A stretch of DNA of 64,000 nucleotides, from the NCBI RefSeq assembly GCF_004010195.1, contig NC_057719.1, positions 46,356,137 through 46,420,136 on the forward strand, in the 5' to 3' direction. Below the pieces are notes generated by a model. The model did not search any database, was not told where the DNA came from, and was given only the letters and a program-made list of their open reading frames with translations. The stretch's first letter is position 1. Each line of letters starts with the position of its first letter. The DNA is from Chiloscyllium plagiosum. Taxonomy: Eukaryota. The position numbers and the translations under genes were made by a program. This document shows positions 24,656 through 36,849 of the stretch, piece after piece.

Positions 24656-25350
24656 TGAAATAACTCCACAGGGACAGGTATCCCATCACTAAGTTCCCTT
24701 TTATTTACTGGTGGAGAGTCTTTTATCCACCTCCCTCAGAGTCAGCTCTTCAAGCGACAGAACTTCTAACACTCTTGTTTTTTTTTTCTTTTTTTTTCTT
24801 CTGTGTACATATGTGAGACACAGTGAAAGACACAAGGTGTACGAATCTTTATTCAATTTCCACCATCAGGAAGAAAGGAAACACCCGAGTGGCCAGTGAC
24901 AAGCAGTGTCCTTCACAAAAGGCAATGCTGTGTGATCAGACATTCCTGTTTTTTTTTCTTTTTTTGACCCCCACACTACTGCCTAACTGTGGTACTGCTT
25001 TTTTTCTTTCCCCAGCACCCATGGTGTGCGTGTGCAAGTGTGAGACACAGTGAGAGACACAAAGTGCACAAATCTTTATTCAATTTCCACCACCAGGAAG
25101 ATAGGAAAACACCCGAGTGGCCAGTGACAAGCAGTGCCCTTCACATCGAAGGGCAATGCTGTGTGATCAAACAGTGAAAGGGAGGGCAGGGGTTAAATCA
25201 AAATAGAGTTGGAGGGGGAAATAATGCACTCCACTAACACTCTACTTTATATTTGTTAGCCAGGGCTCCCTGATTAGACCAGATTAACAGCCAATCAGGG
25301 AACCCATATTCTATGAGGTCCACCTGGCTGACCTCTTTACAATCACTACA
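24656..25350 (-). repeat. 5' LTR of the Gypsy element, interrupted at 24776-25233
   Basis: Minus-strand TGTAGT...TTTCA termini with the PBS adjacent. Homologous to the solo LTR at 62253-62471. Confidence 0.85.
24776..25233 (-). mobile_element. L1/Tx1-like LINE 3' fragment with duplicated 3' UTR and A-rich tails
   Basis: 10-bp TSD CTAACACTCT at 24766-24775 and 25234-25243. Minus strand starts VECIISPSNSILI*, then AATAAA and A-tracts. A ~135-bp unit occurs twice. The clade call is from recalled similarity. Confidence 0.65.
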
Positions 25351-25359
25351 TCCACCTAT

Positions 25360-25745
25360 TTAATACTCACTCCCTTCATCACCAATGCACTGTGGTAACA
25401 GAGTGTGCTATGTAAAGGATGCAATGTAGTAACTCACTGAGACTACCCAAACAGTAGCATACAAGCCCAATGATCTCTACCATCTCGAAGGATAAGTTCA
25501 GCAGATGCATGACAAAACCATATCTGCAAGTTCCCTTCTAGGTCTCAAATCATCCTGAATTGGAATTGTATTGCCGTTTCTTTACTGTTGCTGGAACAAA
25601 ATCCTGGAACTCCCTCTAAATTATTTTGTGTGTCCTTGTGCCCCAAGAACTGCTCAATTTAAGAAGAGAGCTCACTACCAATATCTCCAGGGCAATCATG
25701 GATGGGCAATAAATGATGCCTAGCCAGTGAAATATGCATCTGATC
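25360..25745 (+). mobile_element. 3' end of the second CR1-clade family
   Basis: Colinear with 2985-3360 and 43310-43560. Ends gggcaataaatgatgcctagccag. Confidence 0.75.
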
Positions 25746-27387
25746 ACTGATTAAAAAAGAAAAATTTAAATAGGCGATAGGAATAAAAATCTGGTCCAAA
25801 GAACTTTGTTTCTTGCACAGGTCTGGGTACAAGTCCCACCCACTGCAGATGTGTGTCATGACATGTTTGAACAGGTTGATATAAAAATATTTGAACAGTT
25901 GGAGGTACCGTTGCAGGAAGTGTGCCAAAAGGAAGTGGTCCTATTTGGTACAGAACAAGGATGCCATCTATAAGGAAGAAGATCACAGATTCACAGCTTC
26001 CTCATAGCTACAAAAGAAGCTTGGGTGCTGGTGCCTGGAGGAAGATAAATTAGCTGGTGCAGTGACAATATCATGCTGTGGCACTTTTCACTTCCATGGG
26101 AGTGGTTATTCTTTATTCAGATTATTGATCAGTCGATGGCATGACTTGGTGGAAGGTGGTGATGTGAAGTGGATAGCACTGAAGATTGGACTCTTTTTGG
26201 GTAGTGAGGAATACGGACAAACACCACAAAGATCATTGTACCTGTCACTGTTGTCTCTCAATGAGCTTGAGTTCCTTATTTTGATTCTGCTGTAAACTTG
26301 AAATTCAGATAAAATTTATCCTCACTTCTATGAATTGTTAAATCTCAAAGGTAGCAGAAACCAACATTTCTACACAGATTATTTCTATGAATTTCCAGCC
26401 TTTGCTCCTTCTGTCATTTACAATTCGGCCATCTGAAGAAGTTAGGTAGATAACACACTTTTTCGGACTCCGCTCGAATTGCTTGGAGCAGCAGCAACGA
26501 AAAACAGATCCACTTTGGGAGGAAAGAATGAGGGGCTATTTGTCCCTCTGTCTGCGGTAAGAATGAGAGGATCACAAACCAGAGCTCAGATGTTTCCATT
26601 GCATTGCAAATCACATTCATGCAACATTTCATTGGATTATCGTGGAATATCAAATCTCATTAATTCTGGTTTTAAAATATATTTTGGAACGTGTCACCCT
26701 GAGAAATAAGCATTATTGCACAAGTTTAAGTGGGGTTGAAAAATGATTCACTTATTTTGATCCTGTATTACAATATTGACTGCACTCCAAAAAACATTTC
26801 ATTAGCTGTAACCTGTTTTGGGATGTTGTCAGGTTGTGAAAGGTATATAAATGCAATTGATTGCCCAATTATTTCTCCAATGTTGACAACTCTCCATTGT
26901 TTGCCTTCTTCACATAAACTTAACAAGTTATAAACTTAAAGTAGACATTTGGTTCACACAAAAGTTGGTTCTTGGGATGAAATGCCAATGTTTATAATTA
27001 TTGCAACTTGATATAATAAATACTTGTCATTTCGGAAGTCTTCGGCATTGATCGCAATTGACAGTCCATTTCTGATTTGTAATTTGTTTTTTCAGCCAGT
27101 GGAGGGACCCCTCTCCTGCGTTTTAATTGCTGTCATCTGTCCCCTGGTGGTCACCAACCTAAACTTCAACATTAAACCAAAACAAAATTTGCAAATTGAA
27201 ATTGGCTTTAAACTTCAATGTCATGTTTGCCTGTCATTACTGAAAGCGAGAATTGCCAGAATAAGTAATATATACCCTGATCATCATCCTTTAATCAGTT
27301 CATCCCAAATGTTCATTCATTTAAAACTAAGAATAAACAAAGGTTCAGCCATGTACCATTTAACCTTAACAGGTTAGATCATTGAAG

Positions 27388-28560
27388 TTTTTGATTGATT
27401 GATTTATTGTCATGTGTACCGAAGTACAGTGAAAAGCTTCGTTTACGAGCAGTACAGACAGGTCATAGTAAGCAAGGATGTTCAGATCAAAAAGACTTAG
27501 ACAGAGGCATACAGATAAGAGTGCACAGGGCATGCACGAGGCAAGTTCAGCGTTAGCAAGATCAGCATTGTTTGATACTAAAGAGTCCATTCATCTGTCT
27601 AATAATAGCAGGGAAGAAGCTGTTCTTGAAACTGCTGGTGCGTGTATTCAGGCTTTTGTATCCTCTGCCTGACGGAAGAGGTTGTAGGAGATCATTACCC
27701 AGGGTGCGATGGGTCTTTGATGATATTGGCAGCCTTTCCGCAGCAACAAGCCATGCAGATGGAGTCCATGAATGAAAGGTTGGCTTCTATGATGGTCTGG
27801 GCTATGTACACAGCCTTCTGTAGTTTCTTATGGTCCTGGACAGAGTAGTTGCTGTACCAGGCCATTATGCACCTGTACAAGTTGGTGAGGGACCTTATGG
27901 ATATGCCACATTTCCTGAGCTGCCTAAGGAAGAAGAGGCGTTGTTGTGTCTTCTTAACCTGCACATCTACATGGGATAACCAGGACAGGTTGTCGGTTAT
28001 TGTCACTCCGAGGAACTTGATACTCTCCACCCTCTCTACCTCTGCTCCATTGATGTAGGTGGGGATGTGTTCTCCTCCTCTCTTTCTGAAATCAATAATC
28101 AGTTCTTTAGTTTTTCCAACTTTGAGACTGAGGTCATTACTGCACCACATCACAAAGCCCTCTATCTCCCATCTGTATTCTGACTCATCGTCGTTTGATA
28201 GCCACCTTACTACGGTGGTGTCATCAGCAAACTTGTAGATGGCATTCATTCAAAATTTGGCAACACAGACGTGGGTGTACAGGAAATACAGTAATGGGCT
28301 GAGGACATAACCTTGGGGGGGGGGGGGTGCTGCTCCAGTGTTGAGTGCTATCGTGGAGAAGGTGCAGTTGTCTATCTTCACTGATGACAGTGTGTGGGCC
28401 AGGAAGCTGAGGATCCATTGCAGAGGGAAAAGCTGTGATCTAGGTCTCAGGCTGGAGGGGATACTGGTATTGAAGGCGGGCAGTAGCTAATGAGCAGGAG
28501 TCTGACGTAACTGTCCTCATTGCCCAGATGTTCCAGGGATGAGTGCAGGGCGAGGGATAT
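27388..28560 (-). mobile_element. Rex-Babar (Rex1-like) LINE, RT and 3' end
   Basis: ORF 27695..28249 (KFADDTTVV...KTKELIIDFRK...INGAEVERVESIKFLGVTITDNLSW). (ATTG)n tail near 27390. Confidence 0.92.
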
Positions 28561-28649
28561 GGCATCTGCAGCAGTGACTGAGGGAACAGGTGTGTCAGGG
28601 CAGGTGACACTGCGCCTGCTGGCTTTCTGCTCGGACCGAGCATAGATAG

Positions 28650-29900
28650 AAAAAGGATCATTGAAAATATCTCAAAAGGGGCTAATTGGGCATGAATGGG
28701 GCTCCAACCAAAAGACTAACTTTTGCTTTCACATCCAGAACATCACTGATGTTGGTGTTTGATGTTAGATAATTTTATGTTTGATGGTCGATAATTTGGG
28801 GGATTTTTATGCAGCAGGGGTAGAAACTGCTTTGAGTGCAGAATGGATGCCCAGATTGGAGCACATATCTCAGCAACTGGCCACTAAGGGATGAGTCCAA
28901 GTTCTTGCTCCTCTTGAGTTGAAGTCAATGCGCTCTTCATCAGAAATTGCATTTTGTGAATGGAACCTTTTCCTTTTCAAAAACAGAGCTTGTTCCTGCG
29001 TAAGGAATATACAGGGCTATAAACATCATGTGCTTTATTGAATGATACATAGTTCCTGACCATTGCTTACTGATCATTGCACCCCTTGGGAATTCAGCAA
29101 TCTCAATGGATTATTCTGCATATCAGCTTCCTCATGGGTGGTTGATTCTTCACTGACTTTGTGTCAGTGACCTATTGCTTGGTCATGTACAAAGCAAATC
29201 GACAGATACACAAATGTTCTTCGAAGAAACTCAGAAGGATCAAATAAAAGTTAAAAGAAACAATGCACAGCATTGCCACAAGCAATGCAGTACAGAGCCT
29301 GAAGAAGGGTCACTGGATCTGCTTTCTCTCCTCAAATGTTGCCTGACCTGCTGAGTTTCTCCAGAAATTTCTGTTTTTGTGTTAGTGCAGAGCTCAGTAT
29401 TGGGTTCTAATTCCCACCGCAACAAGTGACTTGGCGAAGTAACGTGCTCCCAGTTGAAATGCAGATTCTTTAGAAACAACTGCTGTGTGAGATCCACTTA
29501 TGCTCCTTGATTTCTGAAGACCTGCAGGCTTTAAGAGCTCCTGCTCCCTTGCCATCTCTTTACAGTCTTTCCAGATCTTTGCTGCCTTCCTGCTGCTGCC
29601 CTTCCTCTTCACCTGGAATATTAAGTGTAAACCCAGCAGCAGTCCCATGTCAGTAATTTTGAACATGACTATTCAGAAAAATAATTGCTGCTCATTCCAG
29701 ATGGCGAACTATTTTAGAGCCAGGCAGTAGTCAAATGGACCAAAAAACATCCATAAGAGGCCTAAAACAATTTAAATTAATCATGGTGAGGATGCCTTTA
29801 AAGATCGTGTCAGACAACTCCATGCCATGATTTGCTGGCCTGGTTAAAAACGTACAGTGTCAGGCACACACACAGGCACCAAAGTTTGAAAATAGCCCTG
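28650..29900 (-). mobile_element. PIF/Harbinger transposase fossil
   Basis: Colinear decayed motifs on the minus strand: DLTQQLFLKNLHF, TALLVA...FNFY, xVTD, IAEFPR/VQ and FLKRKRFHSQN, corresponding to HARBI1-like DLSE.QC.RRLRF, ALPVA..ALNF, QVTDAL, IAGFP.VQG and NRKGFHSLN. Confidence 0.7.
29299..29383 (+). mobile_element. Short Penelope-like pLTR fragment (family C) with half-deleted hammerhead
   Basis: Starts exactly at CTGAAGA-AGGGTCACTGGA. TSD AGT(A/G)CAGAGC at 29289-29298 and 29384-29393. Homologous to 39799-39940. Confidence 0.7.
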
Positions 29901-30569
29901 ATTTAGCCATTGGGGATGAGTAGTGAGTACTCAGTTTAACATGTCGTTGCACATTAGTACTACTGTGCTTTTTGAGCAGGGAATGTTGCAGTCTCAAATT
30001 TAGTGTTGTGCTGCATGGTTTGGATTATTCGAATATATGAGATGTTATTACAATTTCTAATTACAACATTTTTAAACTTCCTTCAGTTTTATCATATTTG
30101 GCCTTTCTTTTCCAATCTGATCAAACAAATAGAAGCTAACACCTAACTTGCTGAAAATCTGGATTAGAAAACTCCCGGATTGCAGCTCATTGTTTGGTTG
30201 CATGTTCTGAGAGAATGTGGTCTGTCTGTACATTTTGATTTTGGGACATATTTTGTGGATAATTATTAATAATTAAATATAGCAAAGTCAATTCGTAACA
30301 GCTGTCAATCATTGTATTATTGAAGGATGGTTCTTGTGCACATGTGAATATTTATTATTAAAAATCACTTAGTTATAAAAGATTTGCTATGAAACCACAG
30401 GTTTACGGTAATTCAAGAAGCCACATCATCACTACATCAGAGCAGCTGGTTACTCAAAAAGGTATTCTTAATTTGATAAAAAAAAGAATGCCACTCTGCA
30501 GCAAAGCCCTCAATTGTAAATCTTTGTCTCAATAATAGACTCAATTGTTTGAGAAGTTGCTTCTCAAGT

Positions 30570-30970
30570 CCTGCTGATAGTTCAGTGAGTAAACACATCA
30601 CAAAGTATATTACTGACCTTTATAAAGCATGGAAAGCTGAGTAAATCTATTTGTCTGTGCTCAGTTAACTGTCAGAGATGGGACTTCAGGAAGAGTCTGA
30701 AATTCAATGTCTTTACAGGAAGAAAATCTGCCATCCTTACCTGGTCTGGCCTACAAGTGACTCCAGGCCCACAGCAATGTGGTTGACTCTTAACTGCCCT
30801 CTGGACAATTAGGGATGAACAATGCCCAGTCAGTGATGCCCTTGTCCTGTGAATGAATGAAAGAAAATTGGCTTCAATGCTCTGGGGACAGTTAGAGGAT
30901 GATTGAGCCTCGGTTCTATTTCCTGATAATTAACCTGTGAACCACTGCTGGAAAGTGCATACATCTGAAA
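30570..30970 (+). mobile_element. Old SINE-like dispersed repeat, interrupted by a younger SINE at 30700-30866; reverse copy at 52380-52700
   Basis: gtctgtgctcagtta, aattggcttca...gggg and cctgat...tga.cc blocks are colinear with the reverse complement of 52560-52700. Confidence 0.55.
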
Positions 30971-31599
30971 ACAAGTTAGTACATACTTTTATCAACTGAG
31001 AATCTGCTAATGGGTCTATCTGCAGGATGGGGAAGGATGGTGGCAGAGAAGTGATGGCAAGAAATGTACTAGATAGATAAATTGTCTTTCAAGAAGTCTT
31101 AACACACTCTGAGAACAGAGGTGAATGGCAATAGCTTAATGGTCAAGTCCTGAGCTCTTAAATGTAACTGATCAAAGTCTTCACAGATTGTCAGTTTCGC
31201 TGAAGAAGCACTTCACATTGCGCACTCTCCTTGATGACTCTGGCAATTTGCTAACTTGTCCTGGCTGGGCTAGTTGTTAAATCCAGATGAAAGATTAAGA
31301 AGTTTGTAGTTTGCTTTTTAAGTGCTCTCACTGCTTACTCAACAGATCCAAGGGGATTCTCCTGCTCACTTTCCATCCAACCCGAGTGAAACAGAGTGGA
31401 TGATCATGGGATCTCAAGGAGAGGTCAATTTCAGGGGATTTAACTCTCCACCAGAACTTAATTCTTTTGTCTACACAAATTCTGCCCTGTGAGGATGGGA
31501 AAGTGTCTTATCAACAAAGTTGAATACCAAATGTGCCTGCCATTCACTACTTGAGGTCACATATTAAAAAAAAGGTGAGCAGAACAGAAGGATTTGGGA

Positions 31600-32200
31600 G
31601 TCCTTGCTGTTGGTGTATAGGTTCAATGGGTAATAGGGAAGGCAAATGGAATGGAAGGTTTTGCAAAATGTAAAGGAGGCACTAGTCAGGCCACAGCTGG
31701 AATGCTGTGAACTGTTGTGGGCCCCTTATATAAGGAAACATATAGTGGTATTGGAGGCAGTCCATTACAGGTCCAAGGTATGGAGGGCCTATGAAGAGAG
31801 GCCCTCAGTAGGTTCAGCCTGTACTCATTGCAATTTAGAAGAATGAACAACGACATTAATCAAGCACCTAAGATCCTTTGGGGGATTTGACAAGGTCGAT
31901 AGAAAAAGGCATTCCCCCTTGTGGGATAGTCTTGAACTAGAGGGCATAATCTCAGAATAAGGATCACACACTTAAGGTAGAGATAAAGAAGGATTTCTAC
32001 TGTCAAAGGTAATCAAGTTCTTTACCTGAAAGGGCTGTCAAGGTTGGGCATTAAGTATATTCAAGGCTGAGAGAGACCGATTTTTAATCATTAAAGGAAT
32101 CAAGTGTATGGGGAAAAGTGGAGTTGGGGGTTATCAGATCCAGCCTGATCTCATGGGCCTAAGGGCTGAATGGCCTACTTCTGTTCCTCTGTCTCATGGT
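31600..32200 (+). mobile_element. Old CR1 LINE 3' fragment
   Basis: ORF 31646..31846 (ALVRPQLECCELLWAPYIRK...LEAV) and tail gggctgaatggcctacttctgttcct. Confidence 0.85.
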
Positions 32201-34129
32201 CTTATATTGGCCTACTGCAAGTATCCCAGCAACCTTACATTAACTGTTTTACTAGGAGGTGGTTTAATCTTGAAAAATCACCATAGAAAACTGAAGGGCT
32301 AGCAATAGTCTTGAAAAAATAAGCAGTATAACTGAGATAAAAATATTGCCAAAAGGAAGGACCACTGAAAGGCAATTTGTTACGCACACATATCTTTCAA
32401 ATTCAGACATAATCCACCACAAATAAACTACTGATATGAAATGCACAGTGTACAATATAAAAACAAATAAACTATGCTTCTGAATTCTGTCAGTTGGACC
32501 TATTTGTAAGCTTTGGCTATATTCCTATTGACATTAATGGAAGGACACCAGTTAGGAAGAAATGAGAAAGTGCTGCACAGGCAGTGGATTTTTTTTTGGC
32601 ACTGTAATCCTGTTAAATTGATTCAAACTGCTTTTGATTTTTATTCATGTGCAGTTAATTTAGAGGAAGAAAAGAGATTTGGAATATGATCTATTAATCA
32701 GATCTGTAGCATAGAGGATATAATTATGAGTTTGTAATTTATGTGTCTTTGATTATAATAAGCATGGGGGTGGAGGATGTTGACAGAAATTATAAACATG
32801 GAAATTATTGCTTGGTTTGTAAGGTGATGAAAGATTAGTAGAAGTAATTCTACTTTACAAAGGAGATACTTTGAATGGGTACATCTTGTACAGAATGTTC
32901 TCCCTGTTGAAGCTGTATGGTGCCAATTCCGCCAAATGGGACCGGGAATCAATATGCTTCATCTCCTCTGCTTCAATGAAATATATGGTGCTTCAGGAAG
33001 TCAGCAACTTGTGGAGAAATGTTTTCCAAATAATGTGATAAAACAGGGGGCATGGCTTCACCTTACACAAGTTCACAGTTTGCAATAGTTAAGGTAAACT
33101 TCTTAAATTTGTCATCTTATGTCAGTTGTATTGTTTCTGTTACTGTGTGGTGCATTAGCATCTTGAATTGAGAGTATTGATGGACGTCATCGAAGGTAAA
33201 TGCTTATCCTGCTCTTTGTGGGCCAGATTGCATGTCAATTGCAGCCTCTATGGTGGGGTCTGCACCCACTTTTCCATTGTTTCTCTCTAGCACAAGGAGC
33301 TGAATAAGGAAATTTGATATCTTGAGGAGTGGTTGAGATGTGCTATGCCATCTTGTGCTCTTGCTACTTCAATATTATATAGAAACGAATGGCCCTCGCT
33401 ACAAAACAAATTTAAAAATCCCTTCCATATGCTAACCCCTTCTGTCACTGCTGTGATAGTAATTTTGAAAAATTGTCTTTCATAAACTTACTTATGCCAG
33501 GTCTGACTCAAAATACACAGAAGTTTGTGATTTAATTGTGCAGCTGCAGAACACGTCATAAGTTCATTGTTAATGACCGTAACAAGAACCTTTACTCCCA
33601 TTTTTCACTAATCTTTATGAATTCATTTACAGACATGAAGGAGTTCTCAGATTAGTCCAAAACATTGGCAAGTCGACCATTTGGACTTTCTACCTACATT
33701 GCATTTTTCTTTAAAAACAGATAGATAATGTTTGCTATATTTACTGAGACTGGGAATAACAGCCTCAGTATATTTCATAAACATGCCATCCAAACAATTT
33801 TTTAAAAATTACACCTTTATGATAACTGTTAGCATTTCAGCCTATGTCAGCTATGTAATATTAGCCTTGTTCACTAGCATTGGAGACTATCATTAATATT
33901 TCAAATCATCCGCAAGATGGAACTGTCAGACCTGTTAAAGCAACAGTCAGGAGTGAAGTCCAACAGATATAAATTTCTCCTATTCTTTAATGCATACAGA
34001 CTTGGTACAACTTCTTGTTTTAATGAGTTGTCTTCGAGTTGTCCTTTCTAAAGTAAGGGGCAGTTTTGGTGAAATGGAAATTGCTAATGACTGATTCTCA
34101 TTATGTGAACTTTGCTGGATATGCTAAAA

Positions 34130-35450
34130 AAAACGATTTCTGCAAGTTTAGTGCTCAGACACCTATTGGACATTATTTTCATGGAGCAGTATTGGTGGTC
34201 TCCTTACACCCACTTTCATTGAGGTGATCTGGCTGGCACAGGCAGCAGTTTTCAGGATGGCACAGGAATTGATACAGACTGTGTACAGCACCTGCCAGCT
34301 ACAGGACAGCAAATGCAGATGGCCAAAGTCTAAAGCAGGAGGGATGGTCTGTACATCCTTGGGGAATGGGTCCCCCAATGTACCTCCCTGTCCTCTTCTC
34401 CAGAGGACCTGGTGCTACTTTATCTTGGCTCAAAACCTCCTCCATGTCAAATTGGGGTTGGAGGGGGGGTGGGGGTGGGGGTGGGGGGTGGGGTGCTTCA
34501 AGTTCAGTTCTAACTCATGGATTCAAATATATAGGCTGAATAGAGAATAACCTTTGCTCAGGGGTTCTGGCATGAAAAATCAAGGATGGCATCCACAACC
34601 TTTCCAGGCCATGCTCAGAGTGACCAGATTCAGATTTTCTCTTCATAATTAGCTTAATAATGGGCAACACACCAGCCATCTTGACTCTTTCTGGCCTATT
34701 ATGGGTTGGTTTCCTCATGGTATGAGAGAGACAGATATTATCGGAGGTGAACATGAGTGGCACAGCTACTACGAATGGTGCAGGTGGCGAGGTATCCCCA
34801 AATGAGTGATGAGGCAGTGCAGAGGGCCTGCAGGGTTAGTGACATTGGGGTTTGGGGTGGGTGACAGCAAATGAGGCAAGATACTACAGATAATAGTGAG
34901 GATAGTAGAGCACGAACCTTGGTGGGAGATAGACACAGTAGCAGAAAAAGAGTGAGTATGAGGTATTGGAAATAAGATGCAGAGTGGGGAAGGATATTAA
35001 TACTGACATTTCTCCAGCTGGCTGAGACAGCTTTAATTCAGGTGGCAACCTTAGACCAAGCAGGCATATTATGTTGTCATGTCCTACAATACTGGTCTTA
35101 AGGGAAAAGGATTTCCAATGCATACACTACCCCATACAGCAGGACATTGCCCACAAAATGGCCCACTGCCTGTCATGTCCAGGCCTAAATTCAAGAAGCT
35201 CTGGTATGACAGTGCTTGACAAAGTGGCCTTTAAGTGTGGTGTACTTGCAAGAGATGTCAGCGAGAAGTATTCATTCAGTGGTTCCAGGAAAGGAAGATG
35301 GGGTAGAAATTGGAAGTAAGAGTTGCCATAAAGACACGGTCGGTAACTAATAGGGCGAGAGTTGTAAAATAGGGTGAGAAAACTCACTAGACCTTATGAG
35401 AATCTCCCCAAAAGACTCACCACAACTTGAACTTAGCCGCAGATTCAATC
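34130..35450 (-). mobile_element. Possible Harbinger-derived remnant (Myb/SANT-like ORF start)
   Basis: Weak similarity near 34590-34640 (SEHGLERL.D) to the start of Harbinger Myb-like proteins. Very decayed. Confidence 0.3.
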
Positions 35451-35880
35451 CTATATTTGAGAAGAGCTTCATTGGTTGTAAAGTACTTTGGTACATCCTG
35501 AGGTCATGACAGGCACTATATAAGTAATTACTTTAGCAGCTTAACAATTCTCTGAAGAATCATTCCTAGTGCACACTTCAACTTTTTTACCAAGATAAAA
35601 TCGTATTTGACAAATTTAATAAAGCTATGTGCTGGAAGGGAACAGGACAGGATTTCAGCAGAGCTGCAAAGTCAAGCATCTCGAAGTCATACTTACTTAC
35701 TAACATTGGTGTCATCGATAGTACCAATATCCAAACGGTTTCTTGTCATGTAACTCAGTCACTGATCAGTGTATCTTTTGCCATTTTTAACATTTTTGCA
35801 CTCATCTCTCATTTCTACCCTGTGTATATTGGTTTTGTGTTATTATTTTTCTCTTGTTTAGTAACTAATAAACTTGTTTA

Positions 35881-36170
35881 AATTAGATTCCCTACAGTGT
35901 GGAAACAGCCCTTTCGACCCAACAAGTCCACATCGACCCTCCAAAGAATAACCCACCCAGACCCATTTCCGTCAGACTAATACACCTAACACTATGGGCA
36001 ATTTAGCATAGCCAGTTCACCTGACCTGCACATCTTTGGTCTGTGGGAGGAAACCCACACAGACACAGGGAGAATGTGCAAACTCCACACAGACAGTCAC
36101 CCGAGGCTGGAAACAAACCTGGGTCCCTGGCGCTGTAAGGCAGCAGTGCTAACCACTGAGCCACCATGCT
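35881..36170 (-). mobile_element. HE1-type V-SINE, full length
   Basis: Head ggtggctcagtggttagcactgctgcc, V-core and tail tgtttccacactgtagggaatct on the minus strand. Confidence 0.93.
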
Positions 36171-36849
36171 GTAATGATTGCTCTATCATTAACTCAAGAA
36201 AACCTGGTTAAATTGGCCAGTTTTAAAATATAAATTAATTTGGTCTGGGAGAAAGGTACCCACAAGTGAAGTGATCCAGTCTAAATTAACCTTGTGGCAA
36301 GGTGAATAAAGAAGGGAAGCCAGTTCATCCCTCCTCGGTCCAAAGCTTGACAATTTTGGATATCCTGTCTGGAACCAATTGATAATGAGTTAGGCAACCT
36401 CATCCATGAACAAGGGCCAGTACCAGCATATTACCACAGTTCATCCTGAAAGGCGTATACCTCAACAAATGACACTCCATGGTATAGCCTGTGAAAGACC
36501 ATCTCACAGCATATGACAGATCATTAATTCCATGCATTCATATAATCACACTTCAGTGCCAATATGCAAGTTCACCTTGACTTCCTGAAATAATCAGTCT
36601 GGTAGACACCGCTGGTCCAGCAGAGCAAGACTCAATTTGCATATATCTCAGTGTAATCACAGCTGATGAAATTCAAACCACACACACTGTTAAAATTGAG
36701 GATGTTCTCAAGTTTGATCTGTTACACTTTGGCCAGAGCCTGTGTGAACAGTTCAACTGCAGAAGATGGGCAACTACAAGAGTTGCAAAAGATCATTATT
36801 TAGGGAAGGCCTCATAGTATTAAATGTTGATATCTTAAATGACCAAAAT

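Larger units (their letters stand above)
17782..25350 (-). mobile_element. Decayed Gypsy/Ty3 LTR retrotransposon (Mag-like) with gag, protease, RT, RNase H and integrase remnants and five nested insertions
   Basis: Gag DPAIEDWAQYVERM...LLTACG (~24400-24560); protease-like VLIDIDSSVAISVI (~23290-23335); RT VAIYLNDVLI (~20500-20530); RNase H TCDASP...YASRAL...YTQIEKE (19248-19523); integrase VTD..PSFTS...PYHPSSNGLAERAVQTLK (18207-18611). PBS-like TGGTAATGAGG next to the LTR; polypurine tract AAGAGGGAGGG at 17782-17792. Confidence 0.92.

Noticed and set aside
27695..28249. 184-aa ORF as a host gene
   Set aside because: It is Rex-Babar reverse transcriptase with a LINE tail.
32890..33093. Possible exon with two partly open frames
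   Set aside because: Both frames stop before the donor and resemble no known protein.
34454..34493. G-run tract (GGGGT)n, a potential G-quadruplex
   Set aside because: Simple low-complexity run in decayed repeat-like sequence with no functional context.
36100..36170. tRNA gene-like A/B boxes, also at ~8940-9005, ~24230-24290 and ~50225-50290
   Set aside because: These are SINE heads continuing into SINE bodies, with no complete cloverleaf.
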